From the NCBI GenBank assembly GCA_964187785.1, contig OZ076413.1:48486001-48550000 (forward strand): a stretch of DNA of 64,000 nucleotides. The letters run 5' to 3'. Positions within the stretch are counted from its first letter, which is position 1. Each line of letters opens with the position of its first letter. This DNA is from Amphiscolops sp. MND2022. Lineage: Eukaryota. Shown here piece after piece: positions 48,501 through 59,829 of the stretch. A program made the translations under genes and the position numbers. The notes under the pieces were generated by a model. That model was not told the origin of the DNA and made no database searches. It saw nothing but the letters and a program-made list of their open reading frames with translations.

Positions 48501-50891
48501 ATAGTTGTCCCTTTTTGGGTCGAAGTGGGCAAGACACGGGGCTTCCGTAATTTCCTTCTTCAGTTGTTCAAAGTCGTCGTCTGTTTCTGCTGTCCAATCC
48601 CATTTGACATCCTTTTTGAGTAATCTCCTCATTCGATCGGTTTTCTTTGACAGATTATTGATGAATTTGGATAAGTGTTGTATCGATCCAAGGAAGGATT
48701 TTAACTCCTTCACGTTTTTTGGTGCGGCTAATTTCGTAATTGTCTCCGTTTTGTCCTCGATTGGTTTTACGCCATTCTGATTAATAAAGTAGCCGAGCCA
48801 GGTTAGTTCTTTCTTGAACAATTCCGTTTTCTTTTCGCTGGCTCGGTATCCGGCGTTTTGTAGTTTCTTCAGGACTTCTCGCAGTTCTTTTTCATGATCA
48901 TCAATGCTTCCATTCGTCACGCAAATGATGTCATCTAGCCAAACAGGGGTTTTAAATTCTAGCACGTTGTCAATATGTTCTTGGAATACCGTCGGAATGT
49001 CAGATAATCCGTAGAAACCCTTCTTGAAGCGGTAATGACCAGTGAAGTCTCCGCCAATTATTGAAAATACACAGTGTTTGGCTGCTTCTTTTGCTAATTT
49101 TGCCTGGCCGTAGGCGTAGTCCAGGTCTATTTTAGACATCCAGATTTCGCCTTCGCCGTTAGTTATTTTGGCGGAGATTTTGCTGATTAATTCCTCCATG
49201 TTTGGCATTGCTGCTTTTCGCTTTACGCATGCCTCGTTAAGTTTTCTTGAATCCAGGGCGATTTTGACCGACTTGTCCTTTTTGATGGTTATGACGGCAG
49301 GGGAAATAAAACAATTTTCTGTAGTCTCGTCCGCTTTCTCGATATGTCCCGATTTGATAAGTTTCTCCAGTTCATCTCGGACGCTTTTTTGAAAGTGTAT
49401 GGGGACTGGTCGTCCCTTTTGTTGTATCGGCTTTACATCTTTCTTCAGCTGAATGTCGATTGTTAGGTCTTTTATGGTGTGGTTGTTTTTGAATAAGTCT
49501 TCGTGTTCGTTGATAATTTTCTTTCGTCTATCTTCTTCTTCCACATAGCGGATCACATTTGTCTTTTTGCTGCCTTGTAGTCCAATTTCTAGTCTATCCA
49601 GCCAGTCCAATCCCAACAGTGGTTGTGTGTTTTTGTTCTCTGTGATCAGGATAGGTAATGTCTCTTTGCTTTTTTCCGTTTTCACTTCGACCATGGCCTC
49701 GCCCTTGAATTTGATGGGGTTTTTATTCACGTCGACAAAAGTTTTTGTCGTTTTCTTTATGTCTTTTGGTGTGATAATTGGAGGTATGATGGTCACGGGT
49801 GAGCCTGTATCAATGATAAATTCTATTGGTTGGCCATGGACCAATAGGATTGCTTTGTAAAAGTCAATGCGGTTCACACCGTTGACGGACTGAATATGGT
49901 CAATCTCCGGCCATGGTTCGGTACTGCTGTCCGATGAAGCCGTTTCTTTTATCCGGCTGACGGTCTTGGATTTGCATACTTTGGCAAAGTGTCCCATCTT
50001 TTTGCAATTGTTGCATTGAGCCTTCCGTGCCGGACAGATATGTTCCATTGACCAGTTTGGTTTTCCACAAAAGCGGCAATCCCGGTTTGGAAATTTCTTT
50101 TTCTCGGTAAAATTTGTTTTGCGTTTCCGTGACTGGTTGGTATGGCCGATCAATTCGGTGGATGTTGAGCTGTTTGATGAATCTTTCCGGGCTTTTTTGC
50201 TTTTCGGCCTCTTGTCCCCGTATTTTCGGTTGTAGTTGTCAAGTTCTATCGTGTCGAGGACGAGTTGTAATTTCAGGGGGCCTCTTATGAATTTATCACG
50301 GGCTTTTTTGTCTTTTATTGTTGATGCGAATTTGTATGTAATGATTTCCTCTGCTGTGATGTTGCCGAAGTCGCACTTTCTCTCGATGTCTACGAGTCTC
50401 TTCCAGTATTCATCGAGTGTTTCATTGTCTTCCTGCTTCATGTTAAAGAACTGTGCCCGGCTATGAAATATATTTCTTGCAGGGAGGAAAGTTTTCTTGA
50501 ACAGGGTTAGTAGTTCGGAAAGATTCACTTCTTTCAGTTCACGGCCCCATTGACCTCTCATGATTTCATGTTTGGCTTTTGGGCCAAGTGCCCAGATAAC
50601 ATCACCTTTAATGTGGTAGACTGTGTGGGGATCCATGTATTCTGTCCCTTCATCGATGATTTCTTCTAGATTTCGGTTATATGTCAAATGGATGTATTCC
50701 GAAATCTGCTCCCACCACATTTTGGGATTGATTTTGGTGAGGTCTGTTTCCCTGTCTGATAGTATGGGAATTTTGTATTTGGTTTTCTCCATCCGTTCTG
50801 ACGATGTTGTAGTGTTGTTCGTTCTGGATGATCGTTCCGATATATTCGGCTCACCTTCATTTAGGTTCGGATTGGTGTTGTTGTTTTCCAT
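45543..50891 (-). CDS. Gag-Pol polyprotein, 1782 aa
   Basis: Double knuckle CRFCG...HICPARKAQCNNCKKMGHFAKVC; protease FIIDTGS; RT LDSRKLN/WLDD; RNase H TDAC/ELELLG/TDH; integrase HHGH..CPSC, LDFAGP, TDNG, VER. Confidence 0.97.
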   Translation of the reverse strand: MENNNTNPNLNEGEPNISERSSRTNNTTTSSERMEKTKYKIPILSDRETDLTKINPKMWWEQISEYIHLTYNRNLEEIIDEGTEYMDPHTVYHIKGDVIWALGPKAKHEIMRGQWGRELKEVNLSELLTLFKKTFLPARNIFHSRAQFFNMKQEDNETLDEYWKRLVDIERKCDFGNITAEEIITYKFASTIKDKKARDKFIRGPLKLQLVLDTIELDNYNRKYGDKRPKSKKARKDSSNSSTSTELIGHTNQSRKRKTNFTEKKKFPNRDCRFCGKPNWSMEHICPARKAQCNNCKKMGHFAKVCKSKTVSRIKETASSDSSTEPWPEIDHIQSVNGVNRIDFYKAILLVHGQPIEFIIDTGSPVTIIPPIITPKDIKKTTKTFVDVNKNPIKFKGEAMVEVKTEKSKETLPILITENKNTQPLLGLDWLDRLEIGLQGSKKTNVIRYVEEEDRRKKIINEHEDLFKNNHTIKDLTIDIQLKKDVKPIQQKGRPVPIHFQKSVRDELEKLIKSGHIEKADETTENCFISPAVITIKKDKSVKIALDSRKLNEACVKRKAAMPNMEELISKISAKITNGEGEIWMSKIDLDYAYGQAKLAKEAAKHCVFSIIGGDFTGHYRFKKGFYGLSDIPTVFQEHIDNVLEFKTPVWLDDIICVTNGSIDDHEKELREVLKKLQNAGYRASEKKTELFKKELTWLGYFINQNGVKPIEDKTETITKLAAPKNVKELKSFLGSIQHLSKFINNLSKKTDRMRRLLKKDVKWDWTAETDDDFEQLKKEITEAPCLAHFDPKRDNYITTDACNTGLGATLWQKEGIVFRPIAFASRFLTDCERKYAINELELLGALWGLEHFRYYVYGKRVNLLTDHQALQPLLKKNRAHKQYSARLTRWLDRLSHFDINIQYTAGKNIPLTDYLSRHPIVPTEIAELENKADGQNEAEADEEFVINQIYGLFEFNRERGSIKRFTEQLNARENSDQSQHDKISCEQNSNTHLFKTSPLPINIIDRESSNSKMDKVNGIDMNFIFKKRGHSPETKRLWIERNHLLKPDRTRIVGKGKESERIQEYRPNQASRKRIAEINIKIYNRFFRYCETLETTPLLEYQQNNNEFWLHNNQSDGESETSHIKRDKCPTSALKKFKKHETVNLIRLKQTAIKNTLSNDQNQGTEETIKRVEKDFALDIPLLVDETARDIKILNAIAAIENQQPDSIFYPYRPHRSHLSTRFGLLFYNDRIVIPENMRTTVIAMLHHGHTSAGKMEKLAEAFWLPGMNREIHEKAESCPSCRAAGKNLTTQIPSTEKNNLDILTEPNQEIHLDFAGPIKSKTRGDVYILVAIDRFSKWPTAHICKSADTRTVKKFLSKYFTDNGIPRVIRTDNGSCFKSIEFKQFCKDQNIKRIRCTPNLHTGTGLVERAIRSIKSLTRANMADGLTFEDSVQLAIRTIRQTPHSKLKMTPFQMHLGRKPRTALINLIDKPECLLANWKKTLTIYVLAQPTELQVVTINDAGGELADHLVLNEPKKKGRSVSRDFKNYQFYEKEYKPNSMKCGFKTNKILTAVAETKHTVSTSEGKIIHKKLASKPLKFQTPRKPEEQRRPTNRCRRCGKFSSGDLCETHLRLEVARQDSNNNEPGTSYTAIPTMPSKKRTYSRVILHDSSSNDSEPTNDQADMTTSEGEATEDITLRDMIGREVERLRSETPMPSSPIGCSTELVPPEDTAQPDTSGTPIRNQGTSGIETVHQNATGKVRLKQNDNGENNPLDLTIEPRRSERIKNAKRTVKLGGVEYF

Positions 50892-50919
50892 TGTTTTGAT
50901 CAGATTGCTGACTGCGCCA

Positions 50920-51140
50920 TAAAGTAAGTCAGGAAAAGTTCAAAGAATGTATTAAACTTGGGATGGTTCAAAGTAACAAAGCTGTATCAAACGACTGTAC
51001 TTTATCTTCAACTTGTATCTATCTGTAACTACATGACTTCAGAACGTAAGATCATTGGCAGGTAGTTTTGTGTCATGTTATTCGCCAAGGTTTATCATTG
51101 ACACTTGTTGGATTGACACATTTTTGATGCTTGTGTCACA
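50920..51140 (-). repeat. 5' LTR, 221 bp
   Basis: Direct repeat of 45195-45415 (aaaattggg vs aaacttggg only difference seen). Confidence 0.95.
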
Positions 51141-53212
51141 TAACCTCAAAATCATCAAAATTTTTTTTTCACAATTTCCACCTTTTTGATTTTAAGAAAT
51201 GCTTTAACTTGACACCGAAATATTCGAAATTCCAAAAACTTCAAGTTAATGTAGCTTTTCATTTTATTTGAGTGCAACTTTTCCACGTTTCCTATGTGAA
51301 GTTCATGAATTTTTCGAGCAGCTTTATTAGCGGCAAGAACGGAACAAATGTGTTACCCAGTAGGTTTGCTTAGAAAAAGAATTATACAATTTTGCATGTA
51401 CAAAGTTCGTCAAAACCACTCAGAATAATCGAAAAATCTAAAAAGTTTCTTGTTTTCGAACTTTTTATATACTTTTTCGTAAACCTTCCGAGCAATTTCG
51501 TAATTCAACAACGACTGAACCCGGTATCCAGTAGGCGTTATTGAAAAGACATCTGAGGTTTTTTACAAAGGTGCCGAAAATGACCGCAAAGTTATCGAAA
51601 ATCAAAATTTTCCAAATTTTGACGTTTTTAGTGACTTTTTGTTCAAAATTATAGAAAAAAGAGCGGATTAGGTTTTGGTATCCACACAGGCTGACAACAA
51701 AGCAAATAAGTGTTTTGTGTGTTTTTGAAGCGTTCGAGTAGGGTCTAGGTTGTTCTAAGATTGTTCCGATTGTTCTTATGTCTGTAAAATATTTTATTCA
51801 TTCTTTCCTTACGTTGAGCTCGTGCAGTATGGAATGTCTATTTAGAGACAATTTACTAAAGGTGGTATTAAGGTTAACATATTTTCAGGTTAAAGCCAGT
51901 TTAAGAGGGTGTAAGGATCTGAATATTTATTTTTGTGAGATGTGTGAAAAGAAATTTTTGTTGTATGCTTGAAATTTTGCAATTTTCGTAGTTGTTTTTC
52001 GTCTTTTGGTTTTATGAATTTTCTTTGTTTTTCTTTTTCTTCGATCGGGTTCGGAATTAGTGGTGGAGAGAGGTTGAGCAAGGATTGACAAATGACGGTG
52101 CGGCCTTAAGTGAACTTTTAGAGAAAGAGAAGTGAGAAAGTTGTATGGACACGGCCTTGGTGACAAACATGACACAAGGGACTGACGAAGGTTCTTAGTT
52201 TTCATGCCAACCTAAGACAACAAAAAAATTTTTGATAAATATGAAAATGTCGAAAAATATAGGGAGCTCTCTAGGCTTGCAAAACAACACTGTTTTTGGT
52301 GAAGATTGAAGGAGTGCAGCTCAGTGGTCTTTCCTCTAACTTTGCAAGCGTAAAAAATATCTTACGGTGATGAAAATCTTTTTACCCATTTGTTGCAAAA
52401 AAAATTAAAAACCAAGGAGGGCGGCATCAACAAAATTCGAGGAAAACGTCTCACAATGTCGAAAAAAAAACAGTAAAACGTCTGAGTTTTCTAGCAACAA
52501 CGAAAACTTTAGAAACTATGGTAGCTAAAGGTGGTACCCTTTGGAAGTATCAGAGGTTGCTTGCTAGTAGATAAAAACCTAGATAATTTTTGTAAAATAA
52601 AGGACCTTTCAGTGTGAGGTCTGTGGTCTGGAGAAAAAAGTCACTGTAATAGTCGGGCATTTTCTGTTTACACAGAAAGTGTCGACTAAAAAACATAATA
52701 TATCGCGCACATAACTGACTTATTCCAGAACTAGTGCGTTTTCTTCTACTTGTCGTCTATAATTCGGTGGTTCGAGTTTGCCCAAAACTCTTTCGTATTT
52801 TCATATCGAATTGTACTTACAACAACATTAGATTAGTGAAACTTCAACATTAGATTAGTGAAACTTCGAAAAAATTCTTTTCGGGTTTTCTTGGCACTTG
52901 TTTAATATTATTTTTATTAGGCAACCTAATTTTTTTTATCAGAGGGCTTTTTTTGTATTTTCAAAGTTCTCATTCAGTAAAAAGTTTTTTAAAACCCAAC
53001 AAAATTCCCCTTTCGAATTGTTTTTTTTCAGTGGGAATTTCCTAAATACCACCCCTGAGCGTATTCGAAAGACTTAGCTCTTTTCTCGGCCTGAAGGGGG
53101 GCTTACACTTTAGACGTTCCCGTCTCGTTCCAGAACTAACTTGAAAACTAAACAGTGTACAATAAACAAAAGCAGAAAATCTTTGCTGCACACAACAATG
53201 TCAACCTCCACA

Positions 53213-54938
53213 TGTCACAGTCCGCGCCCGGACTGGATTGAATTAAAAACAAACTAAAACTAATCTACCTCACCGCTTCGCCAATACAATTGAATTTGCG
53301 CCACCGCCAGGTCACATCTTGGCAGCTAGCTAGAAATCATTCCAAATCCACGTCGCGACTACCTCACAGCTTGGCAGCTGGCAAGAATTTCATTCCAAAT
53401 TACTCGTCAGCTCTACGTCACTAGCTTGGCAGTTAGTTAGCAATCATTCCAAATTCACGTCGCGACTACGTCACAGCTAGAATTTCATTCCAAATTACTC
53501 GTCAGCACTACGTCACTAGCTTGGCATCTAGTTAGAAATTCATTCCAAAATACTCGTCAGCATCTCGTCAAACTAGGCACCTTGCCATAAAACTTGTCAA
53601 CGCTACGTCGCAAATTTATGAAAGTAAGCGTTTGAACGGTTTTAAGTTTAAGAATTATGTCAATTTTAGCAGGAAAATGATAGTTAAAACTGGTCTAATC
53701 TGCGTTAGAATAACGTCAGTAATAGAGACAATTATAGCAGGATCAAATTTTCACGTCACGTTTAGGTCAACGGGCAATTTTAACTAAAATTTGCCGGTTT
53801 TCACGTCCACTTTCCGTCATGTGAGAATAAAATTATTTGAAAAGAAGTGAGAGATATCCTAAATGTCTAATTCAAGAAACTTGTTTAAATGCACACAGGT
53901 GTAAGTCACGGTTTATATTCACAAAATGTAGTGAACTTTTGCCAGTGTTGTTTGCTGTAGCGTTTTTAAGTAGCATTTATACAAAATTGACGTCGGCTCG
54001 ACGTGTCAAGCGAATTTTGTCTAATTTTATAAAACTAGAAATAATGATTCTAATGATGCTTCCTAAAGATTGGTACATTATTTTGATATGTTATTATTAT
54101 TGTTGAGCGAACCAAGTTGCTTTTGAGATAATAAAAGTAGATGTTGCTAACTGGAGTTACAGTTGGGTTTATTTTAAAAATTGACGTTGTCATTTCGCTG
54201 CCTAATATTTTGTTGTATATGACAAATGGCATTTTGCTAATTGTAAATGGTAATTAATCAAAGTAATCAAGTCCCTGTTAAACGGTGTACATTTTACCTT
54301 TCCTAGCATCCTAATAAATATTCATTTTGAAGATTAGTCATCACTTTTGTTCAAGTCGAAATTCAAAATCAGGTATTAGTCGTTCACGTCAGCGTTAGCT
54401 CCGTGTCAAATTGCCCACGAACCAAAGCGGTTAAACAGGGAATCGTTTACGGTTTGACAGACTGAAGTAAAATCTACTTCCTGTTTGGGAGGAAATAAAA
54501 GGACGCCGGAACGAAATGATATGATCATGTGTGATGACTAATACCAAATTGGGGCTTTCGTGTCTTTAAGATCGACGAAATGTCGACGTGGATTGAAATA
54601 TAAAATGAATTGTGCCGCGAAAATACAGGAAGTGACCATATCTCAAGGAAATTGATGGTACGCCGATATGAAAAAATGATGCTAGGAGGGTATAAATAGT
54701 TTGCACTTGTAAAATTATTCATTCAAATTTGTGTTTCAATCTGTGATCCAACCTTGTTTTCAATTTCGATTCAACCTCTACCTTTGTAAAGCGCAAAACC
54801 TAGACGCTAAATTTGAAATACAATTTACAAAATACAAAACAATCACCAAGATGTCAACTAGAAGTCGGTAAAGGAAAATAGTCCAGCAAGTGATTAACGC
54901 AAACAATCAAAATAGCGAAGTGAACAAAGTTCGTAACA
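53213..54938. mobile_element. Solo LTR, 1726 bp
   Basis: Bounded by TGTCAC...GTAACA with 5-bp TSD CCACA (53208-53212, 54939-54943); interrupts the dispersed repeat whose uninterrupted copy reads aacctccatacaaaccgata at ~6463-6481; contains ~53-bp tandem repeats (cattccaaat core) at 53320-53570. Confidence 0.8.
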
Positions 54939-56250
54939 CCACACAAACCGATACTAAAACGTAAAGACAGGTAGTTTCGAAAATGTAGTTGATTGTAATG
55001 GAACAATGAGCAAAATCTCAGCATGTATCGAGGATTCTATATTCCGAAACTCGGTGAAATCAATTCGGTCAAACCGAATAACATTCCCCCACCCGGCGTT
55101 CTTGGGAATTTCCGGTGGCGTTGTCTCCGGGAAAGAAGTCAGCTGGCTCAGAATCACATCGAGTTGAGGTGTCGCTTTCCAGATTGAACCTATTACAAAG
55201 TGAATTAGTTATCGATTCAACTTGTGTTTTCACCCACGGAAGTTTAGTTTGTTCGTTTTTTTCACATTTCGGTCAACCAGATTTTACACCCACCGTGTGA
55301 TAGGACTCAGTCAGTGCATATTTGTCTTACTTTGTTTCACGGATCTGTTCGGAAGGATTCATAGCTCCAGTCAGCATTCTAAATTTTTCAGCAGGATCTG
55401 TTCGGAAGGATTCATAGCTCCGGTCAGCATTCCAAATTTTTCAGAAGTTTCATCGCCATATGATCATGTATCATATTTAATACATGACGTATACGTTTCG
55501 ACAGGTTTACACAATAATTGAGCAAAATGGAAAACAGTGAAAGTTATCACCAACTTACACACTGATTGTCTTTCACTTTTAAAGTGAATTCCAGTGAAAA
55601 TATGTACCAGGTTAAAATGTAAAATAATCAATTTCCGTCTATGTATGTGAAGTGGAAACCAGTCAAAGTACGTAATGGTAGAAAGTGTAGTCACTTACTG
55701 CATTTTGATCACTACGCGTAACGCCAAATCACACAATGAAACGAGCAAAACACGTAAGGCGTATTTAAAACTACCGCTTTTTATTGGTTGTTGATCGAAC
55801 TAGCAAGATCTTGCTAGTTCGTTGCGGCATATGTATCGTAATGTTGATCGGGCTTCTTCCGTTTTTTCTTCATCATTGTGGTCATCATCTTTTTCGGTCT
55901 CAGATTCCAGCCTCCGTCTGTTTTGTAAAAATTTCTAAAATCATTCAGGTTGTCTTTCAAGATTTCATTCCAACATCCCTATTTATCGTTTTGTCCGCGA
56001 AGACAAAGTCCATTTTTCGATAGGCCCCGTTTCGTTTCGGCTTTTCTCTTCATTCCGAAACAGCGATCACAAAATAAATTTCCGAAGGAATCTTTTTCCC
56101 AATTTCAAGTAATTCATTATTGCGATTTGTAAAATTTTGATTTTTTCATTCATATTCGTTTCAATTCAAACAGATGGCTGAGCAGTTGTTTTTTTTCGGT
56201 GACTTTCGTTCTTCCGGGATGTTTCTCGTCGACTCAAGTTGCCATGTGGT

Positions 56251-57458
56251 CAGGGATTGGAAATTATTTATTGCGAGAAAAATAATTGCAATAAATTTAT
56301 TGAAATTATTTATTTTTGGCCTTCAGAAATAACAATAATTTATTTTCTGAAAAAAATAATTTTACCAATAATTGTCAATAATTTTTTATAATGATTTCAT
56401 TATATACAGGCCTAACGCATTGCATTGAGTGACGCAGAAATTTTCAGAGCGTGTTGTATTGTGGTCAATATTTGCACAGCGGGAATTCACGTGTTTAATT
56501 TGCCAACTTTCACTGCCGGATTGTTTGCATTGTATCATACACACACCAGAGTCAGACACCACCTCTTTTGTTACAAGAAATTAAAGAATAAAATGCCACA
56601 GTCATTATCGAAGAAGGCTTTAGTCGAGTCGCACCAAACGAGTACAAATGTAAATGTGGACGGAAGCGAAAGCAGAAAGACGGTGCAGGTTACAGCAATT
56701 TATTGAACCATATTCAATCGGATCATCCTGATCATGCACATCACGTCATGGAGACTAACACCGTTATTACAAATTCGGCGGGAATAGCTGCCACGAGAAA
56801 GGCAAACAATATATATTGCTGGATCGATTGGATCATTACTGAAGCACGCGAATTTTCGTTTCCGGATTCTGATTTGGAATAACGCTTCAATAGTTGTGTC
56901 CGCTAATTTTGAGAGTGCGATTGTCAAGCTGTCCGAAGGCAACGCAAAAAGTAATCTTACCGACGCAGAGAAAACCGCTATTGGTGATTTGGGTGGGATG
57001 GCCGTGATTCAATTGGACTCGTCGGAAATGAGCTTTTCCGAGCAAATTTTGGATAACAAACGACGAAAAGTCGCTGAATCGGACTTCAAAAGGGTCCCTG
57101 GTACTTCAAACAAAGCAGAACGTTTATTCAGCGCGGCGAAGCTAATTTTGGGGGACCTACGAATGCGAACCAGCCCGCTTCATCTTGAAATGTTACTTTT
57201 TCTTAAGGCAAATCGAGTTTTGGGGAGTGAACGATGTTGAGAAACTGCTCAATCAATCGTAGATTTACGCTAGACTCAGTTTTCAGTTTACTTTACATTT
57301 TACTTCTCTGTTTTTACAGTTTACTTTTTCATTAAAATAATTTTTTCCGGGAGAAAAATAATTGCAATAATTGCAATTATTTATTTTACTCAAAAAAGCA
57401 ATAAAATAATTGATTGCTAGTCAACAATACTATTTAAATTATTTATTTCCAATCCCTG
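56251..57458 (+). mobile_element. Internally deleted hAT DNA transposon (Ds-like), 1208 bp
   Basis: 14-bp TIR CAGGGATTGGAAAT; 8-bp TSD CATGTGGT (56243-56250, 57459-57466); BED-finger remnant YKCKCG...YSNLLNHIQSDHP (~56640-56735); hATC remnant TSNKAERLFSAAKLI...LEMLLFLKAN. Confidence 0.92.
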
Positions 57459-57465
57459 CATGTGG

Positions 57466-57790
57466 TTAGAATCTTTCGGTCCGATCCCGTCCAAAATAGG
57501 TCGGTTTGTTCGGCTTATTTGGTGCAGAAATAGATAATAATGACCAATAGAAAATATATGCTTTTCTGTCATTCATAATGTTTAAATTGCTTCTCGGTTT
57601 TCTACCGTGATGCAATTCAAATGGTGCCGGTTTTAATCCTCTACGTATTAAAAACCTGATTAGTAATGAAGCTCGATTTGCATTTTCCGTTAATCCATTT
57701 CCGTCTTCAATATTTGCTATTAAACTTTTCATGATTTCTATAGCTCCGTTTCCCGCTGTTTCAATACAAAAATTCCGCCTTGTCTGATAT
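57466..57790 (-). pseudogene. Decayed Gypsy integrase fragment related to the 45-51 kb element; ~180 bp duplicated at 59041-59218
   Basis: AIEIMKSLIANIEDG...PFELHHGRKPRS parallels AIRSIKSLTRANMADG...PFQMHLGRKPRT. Confidence 0.7.
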
Positions 57791-59829
57791 AACTCTCTCA
57801 GGTAGCCCTAAAAAATTGAAGCTACGTTTGGGCGATTACTGACTCCTTGGTTTTTACTGAGGGTTTTCAACTTCTTGTCAATGTTGTTTTTTTTTAGTTT
57901 TCCATATTTCACTATTTGACATTTAGGGCATCTACCTGAGGCTCAACAAGGGCAATTCCATCTTTATTTCCGGTCACAAGTAAATTTCCGCCTGTGCTGT
58001 CATTTTAGTTGTTCCGGCATGGCCGAAGTGCAAGATGTTCAGAAGTCTTTTCCTGAAGTCAAAACTTCCACAGAGTATGCCCCACCTAATCGATACCGGT
58101 TCAAGTCCTTGCGTTGTTGTCCGTCCTATACAGGCTCTGACCCCGTTATCTCAGCATCTGCCGCTTTTCTGGAAATCAGGCGGTATTTTTGTTGTCCTCG
58201 GTCACTTTGTGAGTTGGTTGTTTTCCCAAACTATGATTCATCTGTATGTACTGTGATTTTTTCTTCCCTGTCTTGGACAGTCAAAGGTCAACGATTAACA
58301 GATTGTCACCTCCCGTTATGAACATATACCTTCTGTATCAGCCAGCTCGGGTATGATCTCACTTTCTTCCGAATTTTCGGTATTTGCTTCAACTATCGAT
58401 TTCCAGCTTCAAGTCAATTTGCATGATGCACCAACTCGATGTCAACATCGGCTCGTTTTATTTTTTCTGTACATCTGTTTGCAGTTTTCCCTGTACGTCT
58501 ATTTTCAAAGAGTATCAGTAAAATCACTATTTGAAGTTAAACTTGTTTTTGAGGAGCTACTTTGCAACTTTCCGGATAATCTATTTTTGCTCTTTCAGCT
58601 TTTGTTTGCTCTGCATTTGTTCTGGTATGTTCTTGTTGTTTTGATGTTTAAAGATGCCTTCAGGGAAATATTCGACACATACAGATCTGTTGGTTCAAAC
58701 AAAGCAACGAAAAATTTTCTACTACAATGCTTATACATATATATGAATATTAGTTCGTGCATGTAAGCACAAAGGATCTCATGAGGGCCTTTTACAATAT
58801 GTTCTCGATTGCACTTTTTAAAAAATCATTTGGATACATTTAGTCGGCGCTTAAAAATTTAGTCGACTACGGTAGTGGATTTTTCAGGACCAACGAACTG
58901 ACATGTCTATGTTGTAACGTAGTAACTCCTGCCACTTGGCGTAGTGCTAACCACGGTTGGTAATCAGTTTACGTAAGTTCAACCTTGCGCTGGACTAAAA
59001 TTGTTCCAGGCTTGGAAAAATAGAGGGGAGACCAAAAATTTGCAATTCAAATGGTGCCTGTTTTAATCCTCTACGTATTAAAAACCTGATTAGTAATGAA
59101 GCTCGATTTGCATTTTCCGTTATCCCATTTCCGTCTTCAATATTTGCTATTAAACTTTTCATGATTTCTATAGCTCTTTTTCCCGCTGTAATAGAATAAT
59201 CCCGCATTGTCTGATATTTGAACAAAATTTCATGGATTTTGTTTCAAAAAATCTATCATGAAATGACTTTCGTCTTTCAGATGACATTTTTGACTCGAAA
59301 TAATCGGCAGTTTTTTGCAGGAAAATATCTATTGAAATCTAGCAAAGCAAATCTACAACTCATCCAAATAGTTCCGATTTACACTATTGTACACCATTTT
59401 CGGCACTGCAACTTTTTTTGAAAACAATTTTGCCTTACCATTTTTTTCGAAACTTGAAAAGCTACACCGGGCTATATTTCCAAGACTAAGCATTTTGGAG
59501 CCTTAAGCGGGCGCTATTTTAAAGGTTTTTTGTTCTACATAATTCGCTAAATAGCATTTCAAAAACAGTTTTTCACATTTTATTTTAATAGACATTCTCA
59601 TAGCAATCTAATACATATTTAGAGATCAAAATATTACTTTTCTCTCGAGACCTATCTCATCAAAATTTCTCCGAGAAAAAATTTTTTCATCACCATAATT
59701 TCTCGTGTGGAGTTGATTTTCACTTTTGTTTGTGAATTTGAAAACATCTTGCGCACACACACACAATCAAGTGCAGAAAATGGTGTTTGAATTGGAACTC
59801 ATTCACAAGATGTGAAATCAACTTGAAGA

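Larger units (their letters stand above)
45195..51140 (-). mobile_element. Intact, very young Ty3/Gypsy LTR retrotransposon (Mag-like)
   Basis: 221-bp LTRs 45195-45415 and 50920-51140 with one visible mismatch; 5-bp TSD TAACC (45190-45194, 51141-51145); PBS TGGCGCAGTCAGC abutting 5' LTR; PPT GGAGGAGGGAA; single uninterrupted ORF. Confidence 0.97.

Noticed and set aside
45581..50922. Plus-strand ORFs antisense to the 1782-aa gag-pol
   Set aside because: Shadow ORFs of a long coding frame; no motifs.
54954..56240. Possible decayed env/accessory region of an old retroelement
   Set aside because: Only short fragments with no diagnostic motif; cannot be supported without homology search.
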